Assembly (NCBI GenBank): GCA_043824495.1
Contig: JBDRSV010000026.1
Coordinates: forward strand, 1-43,381
DNA length: 43,381 nucleotides
Direction: 5' to 3'
Source: Candidatus Aenigmatarchaeota archaeon
Lineage (GTDB): Archaea; Aenigmatarchaeota; Aenigmatarchaeia; QMZP01
Shown here: positions 1-7,071 of the stretch, in pieces
How positions within the stretch are numbered: the stretch's first letter is position 1
How the letters are laid out: each line of letters opens with the position of its first letter
The notes under the pieces: model-generated
What the model was told of the DNA's origin: nothing
The model's input: only the letters and a program-made list of their open reading frames with translations
Database searches by the model: none
Translations under genes and position numbers: made by a program

Positions 1-112
1 TATAAATTTTTAATATTAAACTTTCCATACGAAACTTGGGTGTCTGGGAGCAGTAGTTCCGAATGTCAAAATCTGGCAATCAGCTTTTTTAACATGTAGC
101 GCAATATATATT

Positions 113-682
113 ATGATCAGTAGGCACGTCAGTCCGAAGGAGCAGAAGATTCGGCACATCATAGATTTGGCAATCGGAATACCAAGCATTATTAGGATGT
201 GTGAACGTGGTGCCAGTGTGGTGATAGAAAACAAGTTTGATCCCCTCCTCAATAAGCTAATCCCGGTTAAGAGCAAAATAGACCTAGATAAAATAAGGGA
301 GGAGTTCTGTCGCTGGGCAGAAAGCAACATAAAACAATGCAAAAGTAAAGAAGTGCGGCTCGTCTCATGGGGACAGGCCGCAAAAATATTTGACGTGGGG
401 CTTAAGGTGTGTGTTTACTATTGCCATCTACCTGACAACAACACAGCGAATCGAATATCACCATTTCTCAACTGCCCCATTGACGAGCAGATACAGAGTG
501 TGTTGGTGAGAAACGGACTTCTGGATAAGAACACCAGGCTTAAAAAAATGGGAAAGGAACACTATGAAAAAATACAGTACGCCGTTAGGGAAGATATGAA
601 AACACTTGTTGGTGTGCGCCACCCAATCGAATATGACGAAGTGAACTGGGAACCAGAAAAATTCTTAAAGGTGAGTAAATAA
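113..682 (+). CDS. hypothetical protein, possible divergent HhH-GPD-like DNA glycosylase fold
   Basis: 189 aa ORF. SWGQAAKIFDVGLK followed by CPIDEQIQSVLVRNGL loosely resembles the HhH hairpin plus PVD catalytic-Asp motif. Fold call is tentative. Confidence 0.55.
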   Translation: MISRHVSPKEQKIRHIIDLAIGIPSIIRMCERGASVVIENKFDPLLNKLIPVKSKIDLDKIREEFCRWAESNIKQCKSKEVRLVSWGQAAKIFDVGLKVCVYYCHLPDNNTANRISPFLNCPIDEQIQSVLVRNGLLDKNTRLKKMGKEHYEKIQYAVREDMKTLVGVRHPIEYDEVNWEPEKFLKVSK

Positions 683-723
683 GATGGTAATTAGTTTTTT
701 AATTATAAACACTTTAGTAAATC

Positions 724-1491
724 ATGGTAGTTGATAACGAACTCTACAAAGAGCTTCTAACCTTTTGTGATAAAATAAAGGAACAACAGAGGTTTAGATT
801 CGAATCCAATATAATGTTCTCTAATTTGAACGAGAAGTGTTATACTGAAATGTTTCTAAACAGGAAAACACCAACAAGGCCGCTCGTCTTTAAAGACGGA
901 CCAATAACAGAACTAAAAACACTTTGTTCAGAATGTGCTAGATTTCATATGACAAGAAGGAATGAGATGATAAAGGGGTTTGATATACAACACGGGCACT
1001 GGTTTGAAGATGCTTTCAGAGATTTCTTACGTAGCAAAAACATCGAAACGAAAAAAAGAGGATTCCCATTTCCTGATATAGAAGTAATAAAAAACAATAA
1101 CCCAGTGGCGTATTTTGAACTCAAATATATTAGATCGCCGTTCATTTATGCTAACAGTAAAGTGGATAATAGTAGATGGTGTTACGAATGTTCTCTAACT
1201 TTGGATATTGGGGAAAAGCTTACGAAACAGAGAAACAAAATAGAGGACGAGCTGCTTTCAGCTAATATTCCTGTTTTTTATGTTTGGTGGTTTGATGCTC
1301 CATGTATAAAGGGAATATTTTTCATGACAGCAGAAGAGGTGTTTGATTTTTGGGATAGTGTTGGAACATCCCACGAGAGAAAAGAAAGACTTGGTGACGC
1401 CGAAGCTAAACAGGAAAGAGGCAAGATTTACCCACCGCTATTGGAAATGAAGGGGTTGGACAAGTTTATTAAAACTATCTCTAAATCTTAA
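724..1491 (+). CDS. PD-(D/E)XK nuclease, restriction endonuclease-like
   Basis: FEDAF...PFPDIEVIK...YFELKY gives the E...PD-x(n)-ELK catalytic core; lies next to methyltransferases. Confidence 0.7.
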   Translation: MVVDNELYKELLTFCDKIKEQQRFRFESNIMFSNLNEKCYTEMFLNRKTPTRPLVFKDGPITELKTLCSECARFHMTRRNEMIKGFDIQHGHWFEDAFRDFLRSKNIETKKRGFPFPDIEVIKNNNPVAYFELKYIRSPFIYANSKVDNSRWCYECSLTLDIGEKLTKQRNKIEDELLSANIPVFYVWWFDAPCIKGIFFMTAEEVFDFWDSVGTSHERKERLGDAEAKQERGKIYPPLLEMKGLDKFIKTISKS

Positions 1492-1494
1492 TAG

Positions 1495-2946
1495 ATGTTC
1501 AAAATTAAAAGGAAGACCGGACAAATTAGGTCTGGTTCCCTGGAGATTGGTAACAAAAAAACAGAAACTCCATGTTTCTTTGCGACATCAGATTTTGGAG
1601 GTGGTGGCACCAACGTAAGTAGACTTCTCGTTTATTCTGATCTCTTTCGTAACAGTAAATCTCAATTGTTGATGAATTATTATTATCTTGATATCAACTC
1701 AGATTCAACACCAAGATTTGATACGAATCTGATAAGAATTCTTTCAGAGTTCAAAAACATAAATAGTTTTATTCAGTATGTTAAAAAAGAATATCTGGAG
1801 TCCGCATCAAAAAAAGCAATTAAAAATTACAAATATGAAAAGGAAACCGTATGGCTACCAATAATATTACTTGATTCTGGTTCTGGAAACATTCTGAGGG
1901 GTAAGATCAAAGGAGGAGAGCTCACAACAGAGAATTACAAAAACAAATATAAGAAACTAATAGACGATTACTTTAGCTTTTCAATATCAAACAAATTTGA
2001 CATAATTATTGCTATGGACTTTGCTGGTAAAAACACATTGAAAGCCGGAGAAATGAAAGACAAAGAATATGTTTCTAACGTTGTTAAATTTAGCGGCAAT
2101 GAATACAACTTTGAATTACTTAGATTGACACTAGATTACATGAAAGAAAACAAAACAACAATAAACGTATTAGCACCAATTCACGGTAACAATCCCAGAG
2201 AATACGAAGAGTATATTAAGAAAATATTATCAATGGAGAGAAAAGAGAAAATTAGTTTTTCTGGTTTCGCTATTGGTGGATTAGGTAATCCAAATCAAAT
2301 AAACAAAAAGGTATGGGATATCCCAGATAACGTGAATGGGAAGATAAAAGCTGCATTATATCTATTGAAAATTAGTTCAATAATAAGAAATATTCTAAAT
2401 GAAAACAGTGATGATAGAACTATTCATATACTGGGTTCTGCCTCTCATTACAATTTGATACCACTGATTTATTCTGGTTGTGATACTTTTGATTGTCATA
2501 GTGCGTGGAGAAGAGCTTCAGATGGAAATCAAATATCAAAAGAGTGTGTTTTCGATGAAAGTAAAATTAAAGAGCATGAAACCGCAGGAGAAAACATAAG
2601 CTTTTCAAAAGTACTTGTTTCGCTCTTAGATTCGAATCTAAATGTTATAACAGAGAATAAGAACAAGTTTTTGGAGTTTGTAAACATCAACAAATATGAT
2701 TTTAAATGCGACTGTTTTGTGTGTAACAATATTGGTTTTGATGTAGTAAAAAAGTTGTATTGTGGAAATACAGAAGAAAATTATTATGCGAAAATATTGA
2801 TATATCTTCACAATATTATTCAGTATGATTTTATTTGTGAAAGGATGAGGGTGTTCAAAGATGAAAGATCCTTCAAAGAATTTATAGAATCCATACCAGA
2901 ATGCCAATTCAAAAAAAACATGATAGATATACTATTTCCAGAATGA
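1495..2946 (+). CDS. TGT-fold (tRNA-guanine transglycosylase/DpdA-like) base-exchange enzyme
   Basis: RSGSLEIGNKKTETP N-terminus, LLDSGSG, IAMDF, PIHG, GFAIGGL, HILG, GCDTFDC, zinc site CDCFVC...LHN; no PUA domain evident. Confidence 0.85.
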   Translation: MFKIKRKTGQIRSGSLEIGNKKTETPCFFATSDFGGGGTNVSRLLVYSDLFRNSKSQLLMNYYYLDINSDSTPRFDTNLIRILSEFKNINSFIQYVKKEYLESASKKAIKNYKYEKETVWLPIILLDSGSGNILRGKIKGGELTTENYKNKYKKLIDDYFSFSISNKFDIIIAMDFAGKNTLKAGEMKDKEYVSNVVKFSGNEYNFELLRLTLDYMKENKTTINVLAPIHGNNPREYEEYIKKILSMERKEKISFSGFAIGGLGNPNQINKKVWDIPDNVNGKIKAALYLLKISSIIRNILNENSDDRTIHILGSASHYNLIPLIYSGCDTFDCHSAWRRASDGNQISKECVFDESKIKEHETAGENISFSKVLVSLLDSNLNVITENKNKFLEFVNINKYDFKCDCFVCNNIGFDVVKKLYCGNTEENYYAKILIYLHNIIQYDFICERMRVFKDERSFKEFIESIPECQFKKNMIDILFPE

Positions 2947-2947
2947 T

Positions 2948-3739
2948 TTATTCAAATACATCTTTAACTGTTTTTTGTGATGTTTCATTATCAATTCTTT
3001 GTATTATCATTTTTTTAAATTTATTATCAAGCTCGTAACCTATAGAATTCCTCTCAAGTCTTTTTGCTGCAATTAATGTTGTTCCTGATCCAACAAAGGG
3101 ATCTAAAACCCAATCATTCTTATTGGTTGACATTTTTATTATTCTTTCAATCATCGTAACAGGATAAACACAAGGATGATTTTCAATACCTAATCTTTTT
3201 TTGGTAACATTATTTACTCTATCAAAATACCAAACATCAGTTGGATTTCTTCCTGCCTTGGTATCAAATCTTTTATCCCTCTTGGTTATACATGGAATTT
3301 TAACATCTTTCAAATTGAAAACATAATTATTAATGTCTTTTACAAACCAAAGAACTGCTTCCCATCGACCGCTAAGTCTATTTATACAATTCTGCATATT
3401 ATTGAAATGCCAAACGATTTTATTTCTCAAATAAAATCCGTTTTTTTTCCCAAGTTCCCATGCTATGCTATCAAGAGGTATAATTTCCTTTGTCTTTTTG
3501 TTTGGTATTGGACTTACATTTAAGAAGAAACTACCATCATCAGTAAGTACCCTATGAACTTCTTTCATTGTCGTGTTTATAAGGGCCTTCCATTCTTCTA
3601 AATGCACATCATCAGAATACATTCCATAATTTTTTTTGAGATTATATGGTGGTGATGTCACAACCATTCTAATCGTGTTTGATTTTATTTTTTTCATTAA
3701 TTTTCTACAGTCCCCAAAATCATATTTGGTTTTAACCAT
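2948..3739 (-). CDS. beta-class amino-methyltransferase (N6_N4_Mtase), probably m4C
   Basis: VTSPPYN (motif IV) precedes HPCVYP and VLDPFVGSGTT (motif I); GGAGGT Shine-Dalgarno upstream. Confidence 0.92.
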   Translation of the reverse strand: MVKTKYDFGDCRKLMKKIKSNTIRMVVTSPPYNLKKNYGMYSDDVHLEEWKALINTTMKEVHRVLTDDGSFFLNVSPIPNKKTKEIIPLDSIAWELGKKNGFYLRNKIVWHFNNMQNCINRLSGRWEAVLWFVKDINNYVFNLKDVKIPCITKRDKRFDTKAGRNPTDVWYFDRVNNVTKKRLGIENHPCVYPVTMIERIIKMSTNKNDWVLDPFVGSGTTLIAAKRLERNSIGYELDNKFKKMIIQRIDNETSQKTVKDVFE

Positions 3740-4607
3740 TTTTATGACCTCCGCGTTTAATAAAATCTAGTAAAGTTTTATTATCCATGTGGAAATAAAA
3801 ATCGCGTACATCTTTAGATTTTCTTTTCTTTCTATGACTCGAAGCTTTCAGCCTATCTTCGGCAATTTTGACATAATCTTTATTTGTATCATAACCTATG
3901 AAATTTCTATTCAAATCTTTAGCTACTCTAGCAGTGGTTCCACTTCCAATAAAAGGATCTAAAACAACATCATTTTCGTTCGATGCGACCTTTATTATTC
4001 GTTCTATCATTTCTTCAGGATATTGCGCTGGATGTATAGTTCTTTCTGGATAATTTCCACTTATCATTTGCATGTACCAAACATCAGTTGGATTTTTCAA
4101 TTGGCTCTTGAATCTATCCGGTCTATAATTTAGTGCTGGTATTTTCACATCATCTAAATTGTATGTATAATTATCTTTGTTTTTAGTAAACCAAAAAATA
4201 TATTCATATCTTGGTGAAAATCTCTTATTAGTTGAACCTCCCCAATCAAAATTCCAAATTATTATATTTTTCAAATGCATATCTTCGAAAAAATCTGTTA
4301 TCCAGAAAGGAGGCAATATTACACCATTTTTATATCTGTTTTTGATATTTATCCATATAGAACCATCATCTTTTAAAACCCTTTTACATTCTTGGAATAC
4401 TTTAGACAAAAGTTTCAAATATTCTCCTTCAGATAGTTTATCTTCATATTTCACTCCTTTACTTGTTATTGCTTTACCATTCTTGTGATTATTCCCATAA
4501 TGAACACCAATATTATATGGTGGTGAAGTTACCACTAGAGATATAATTTTATCTTCTATTTCTGACATTTCTTCTGAACTTTTACAATATAATTTATTTA
4601 CTTCCAT
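3732..4607 (-). CDS. beta-class amino-methyltransferase (N6_N4_Mtase), probably m4C
   Basis: VTSPPYN, HPAQYP, VLDPFIGSGTT. Start placed at MEVNKLY (4607) rather than 4688 because the upstream part overlaps the small regulator gene. Confidence 0.92.
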   Translation of the reverse strand: MEVNKLYCKSSEEMSEIEDKIISLVVTSPPYNIGVHYGNNHKNGKAITSKGVKYEDKLSEGEYLKLLSKVFQECKRVLKDDGSIWINIKNRYKNGVILPPFWITDFFEDMHLKNIIIWNFDWGGSTNKRFSPRYEYIFWFTKNKDNYTYNLDDVKIPALNYRPDRFKSQLKNPTDVWYMQMISGNYPERTIHPAQYPEEMIERIIKVASNENDVVLDPFIGSGTTARVAKDLNRNFIGYDTNKDYVKIAEDRLKASSHRKKRKSKDVRDFYFHMDNKTLLDFIKRGGHKNG

Positions 4608-4752
4608 TCCTTTCACCCCACACATCCATAAGTCTAAGTATTGCTTTCTCAAGCGTAACACGTTCATCCGAAGACTGTTGGATTTCACCCATTATGCGCA
4701 GAAGCCGGCTGTGAGTCTTTCTATGTACTTTGATGAGTTTACTATCTGCCAT
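4594..4752 (-). CDS. small ribbon-helix-helix-like regulator (52 aa), putative controller of the MTase operon
   Basis: MADSKLIKVHRKTHSRLLRIMGEI...TLEKAILRLM has a beta-alpha-alpha pattern; its stop overlaps the start of MTase 1. Confidence 0.6.
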   Translation of the reverse strand: MADSKLIKVHRKTHSRLLRIMGEIQQSSDERVTLEKAILRLMDVWGERNGSK

Positions 4753-4807
4753 AAGTATACTTAGTAGTAAAAATATATAAAGTTTACTTATTATAATATA
4801 CTTATGG
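4749..4807. promoter_or_regulatory. symmetric bidirectional promoter/operator
   Basis: 11-bp inverted repeat CCATAAGTATA (4749-4759)/TATACTTATGG (4797-4807) containing both start codons; palindrome TAAGTATACTTA (4752-4763); AGTAAA/TTTACT flanking a central ATATATAA box. Confidence 0.65.
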
Positions 4808-5466
4808 ATAAGCAAATAGTGATCTCGTCGTCAAGCATATCATTATTCCTGGAATGCCCGAGATGCTTCTGGTTGCACAGAGTGAAAGGAATCAAGAGGC
4901 CACCTATGATATTCCCGTCGCTGCCGAGTGGCATGGACCGAGTTCTGAAGGAGCATTTCGATGGTCACCGCAGCAAGGGCAGGAAGCCAAAGGAACTGCA
5001 CGGCAAGTTTACAGGCCATTTATACGCTGATGTGGCCAAATTGAACGAATGGCGCAACAACAGGAAAGGGCTTCGCTATACGGACAAGGACTCTGGCATA
5101 GTGCTGATGGGGGCATTGGATGACTTGTTTGTGGCGCCGGACGGGCTATATGCGCCGCTTGATTTCAAGACGAGGGGATTCCCGCTGAAGCCGGATACCC
5201 ATACATATTATCAGAACCAGATGGACATTTATTCGTTCCTGCTCAAGGCGAACGGTATGCCTCCAGCAGGGTTCGCCATTTTGATATTCTATCATCCGAA
5301 GAAGGTTGACGAGAACTGCAACGTGGACTTCCAGCCAGATTGTGTTAAAATAAAGACAAGCGTCGCTGCAGGGAAGAGACTGTTTACAGACGCCATGAAA
5401 TGCCTGCTACAGAAAAAAGAACCGAAGGCAAGCACAGACTGCCCGTTTTGTGGATGGAATCATTAA
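4804..5466 (+). CDS. Cas4-like/RecB-family PD-(D/E)XK nuclease (solo, no CRISPR context)
   Basis: ISSSSISLFLECPRCFW, GALDD, LDFKT, QMDIY, C-terminal CPFC. Confidence 0.85.
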   Translation: MDKQIVISSSSISLFLECPRCFWLHRVKGIKRPPMIFPSLPSGMDRVLKEHFDGHRSKGRKPKELHGKFTGHLYADVAKLNEWRNNRKGLRYTDKDSGIVLMGALDDLFVAPDGLYAPLDFKTRGFPLKPDTHTYYQNQMDIYSFLLKANGMPPAGFAILIFYHPKKVDENCNVDFQPDCVKIKTSVAAGKRLFTDAMKCLLQKKEPKASTDCPFCGWNH

Positions 5467-5473
5467 TATTAAT

Positions 5474-5896
5474 CTAAAATAAATTACTCACATCTTCCCT
5501 TAGATTTTCAATCGTTTCTTTTCGCTCTTCTTCTGTGAGTTCTGGGTTTTTTTCTTTGAGCATATTATCCAATTCTTGTATTATGGTTTCTTCCTTAATG
5601 CCATTGGGCCTGGCCAAGAACAATGCCAAAAGTTTGCCGTCTTCCGTTAGTTCATATACCTTGTTCTGAGTCCTTTCAATAAATCCTTTTTCCTCAAGTT
5701 TTCTTAAACCCTTTAGCACAGTCGATATTTCAATTTCTATTTTGTCCCGGGTTTTTATATCCGCTATTATACCTGAAAGTGTGTTCTTTCCATGTAGAAG
5801 ACTAATCAATATTTTCTGTCTTTTTTCAGTCAGCAGACTGATATCCTCAGACCCCAGGCTTGGTATCGGCATGCAAAAAATCTTTTCTCTCACCAT
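5474..5896 (-). CDS. winged-helix transcriptional regulator
   Basis: ILISLLHGKNTLSGI...ISTVLKGLRKLEEKGFIER...YELTEDGK; AGGTGA SD just upstream of ATG 5896. Confidence 0.8.
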   Translation of the reverse strand: MVREKIFCMPIPSLGSEDISLLTEKRQKILISLLHGKNTLSGIIADIKTRDKIEIEISTVLKGLRKLEEKGFIERTQNKVYELTEDGKLLALFLARPNGIKEETIIQELDNMLKEKNPELTEEERKETIENLREDVSNLF

Positions 5897-5911
5897 TTTA
5901 TCACCTTGAAT

Positions 5912-5996
5912 TGTTATTCATACCATTCAACATATTTAAGTATGCGGCACTAATGTTATTCATACCATTCAACATATTTAAGTATGCGGCACTAAT
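5912..5996. repeat. perfect 42-bp tandem duplication in a promoter region
   Basis: TGTTATTCATACCATTCAACATATTTAAGTATGCGGCACTAA at 5912-5953 and 5954-5995. Confidence 0.95.
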
Positions 5997-6009
5997 ATTT
6001 GTTAGTAGA

Positions 6010-6130
6010 GCTGAAGTTAGTAGCGCGGAATATCATGATAATGTGGACAGGAAAGAGTCCCTACCTTGGTATGGTAGTACAGGGCACTCTCCCTGCAGAG
6101 CAACATTATTGTGATCCGCTCAGCCAACTA
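6010..6130 (+). ncRNA. candidate structured ncRNA (long rod-like hairpin with BHB-like geometry)
   Basis: 6025-6028/6116-6119 (4 bp), 3-nt bulge, 13-bp helix 6032-6044/6103-6115 with two G-U pairs, CAGG/CCTG, AGAGT/ACTCT, apical CTACC-TTGGTAT-GGTAG. Confidence 0.45.
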
Positions 6131-6248
6131 TATGATATATATTGGGCAGTCAGATATATAAAGCTTTTCAGGCGTTTCGATAGCAAGCAGCTTTATTATA
6201 TGACTGTTCTTATAGGATATATTATATATATAATAGAGAAGTGAGTTC

Positions 6249-6581
6249 ATGACCAAGATTGAATACGGAACCAAATGGGTAGAGTTTAAGATTATCCCAC
6301 TTGGAGGATTTTGGGCAGTTGTAGTAGGAATTGTAGAAGACCGAAACACCCATACAAGAAAAGTAAGGATAGCAAAAGGAAAAGTGAAGGGTAAAGTGCA
6401 CAGAGAAGGTGATAAACTGGAATACATACTGGAAAACAAGCTTGATCCCATATCACAAATCAGTAGGTTTAATATCAAAAAGAAATCAGAATGGGAAAAG
6501 ATCAAAAAATTGGTTGACGAATATATCTCTAAAATAGGTCAGCCAGAACAGGAAAGCATCATTATTACAGAGAAAATATAA
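6249..6581 (+). CDS. hypothetical protein (110 aa, basic beta-rich region then helix)
   Basis: ORF in an otherwise non-coding gap with upstream TATA-like tracts; no family recognised. Confidence 0.6.
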   Translation: MTKIEYGTKWVEFKIIPLGGFWAVVVGIVEDRNTHTRKVRIAKGKVKGKVHREGDKLEYILENKLDPISQISRFNIKKKSEWEKIKKLVDEYISKIGQPEQESIIITEKI

Positions 6582-6583
6582 TA

Positions 6584-6655
6584 GCCCCGGTAGCGTACCG
6601 TCAACGCACCTGTTTTGGTAAACAGGAGAACAGGGTTAGATCCCCTGTCGGGGCT
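6584..6655 (+). tRNA. aberrant tRNA-Thr(GGT)-like gene or pseudogene with 8-nt anticodon loop
   Basis: GCCCCGG/TCGGGGC acceptor, T73, D stem GCGT/ACGC, anticodon stem CCTGT/ACAGG with loop TTTGGTAA, T stem CAGGG/CCCTG; D-loop lacks GG; T-loop is TTAGATC. Confidence 0.6.
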
Positions 6656-6710
6656 TATTATGTTAACATTGTATTTGATACTTAAAGGTATTATTATGAC
6701 CATGTAAGAT

Positions 6711-6911
6711 TCATTTCCACCAGACCCAGACGCCCTTGCCTCCAGCGCTGATGCGCTTGCCCTTTATTTTTCCTTCGGCGCGGAGATCAGTTAGCCTGTA
6801 CATTATTTTGCTCCTGGTGGTTCCTTTCATCTTGCTTTCAATCTCCCTAGTCTCCAGCGGTTCCTCTGAACTCTTTAGTATTTTAAGAATTTTCTGGGAG
6901 ATATTGTCCAT
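6711..6911 (-). CDS. small winged-helix DNA-binding protein (66 aa)
   Basis: MDNISQKILKILKSSEEPLETREIESKMKGTTRSKIMYRLTDLRAEGKIKGKR...WVWW; start reassigned from 7154 to 6911. Confidence 0.75.
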   Translation of the reverse strand: MDNISQKILKILKSSEEPLETREIESKMKGTTRSKIMYRLTDLRAEGKIKGKRISAGGKGVWVWWK

Positions 6912-6933
6912 ATACAATAATTCTTTTTCTTCA

Positions 6934-7021
6934 TATATAAGCTTATCGGTGGTTGTACCGATAGCTTTAAATATCCCCAGGAGAAATAATAATACATTCA
7001 TCGGTGAATCTATCGGTGAAT
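6934..7021. promoter_or_regulatory. divergent promoter with repeated (T)ATCGGT operator boxes
   Basis: TATCGGT-N6-ACCGATA (6944-6963) lies between TATATAA (6934-6940) and TTTAAATA (6966-6973); direct repeats ATCGGTGAAT at 7000-7009 and 7012-7021. Confidence 0.6.
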
Positions 7022-7071
7022 ATAACCAGAAGGGGAGTTTTGAAGACAGCCCCTCCTGGACGGAGCGAATC

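Noticed and set aside
4804-5466. CRISPR-Cas locus suggested by the Cas4-like gene
   Set aside because: No repeat-spacer array, cas1 or cas2 in the window; the 42-bp repeat is a spacerless tandem pair.
6045-6062. RNase P RNA or hammerhead motif (GGAAAGAGTCC, CTGAAG)
   Set aside because: Motifs are imperfect, and the remaining conserved elements and length are absent.
6583-6655. Reading as tRNA-Gln (A1-U72, TTG) or tRNA-Pro (TGG)
   Set aside because: That register leaves an unpaired T between the T and acceptor stems; the G1-C72/U73 Thr register fits all stems.
6736-7071. 635-aa transposase starting at 6736
   Set aside because: The upstream part is the antisense of the wHTH gene plus promoter sequence; the realistic start is 7072 or 7093.
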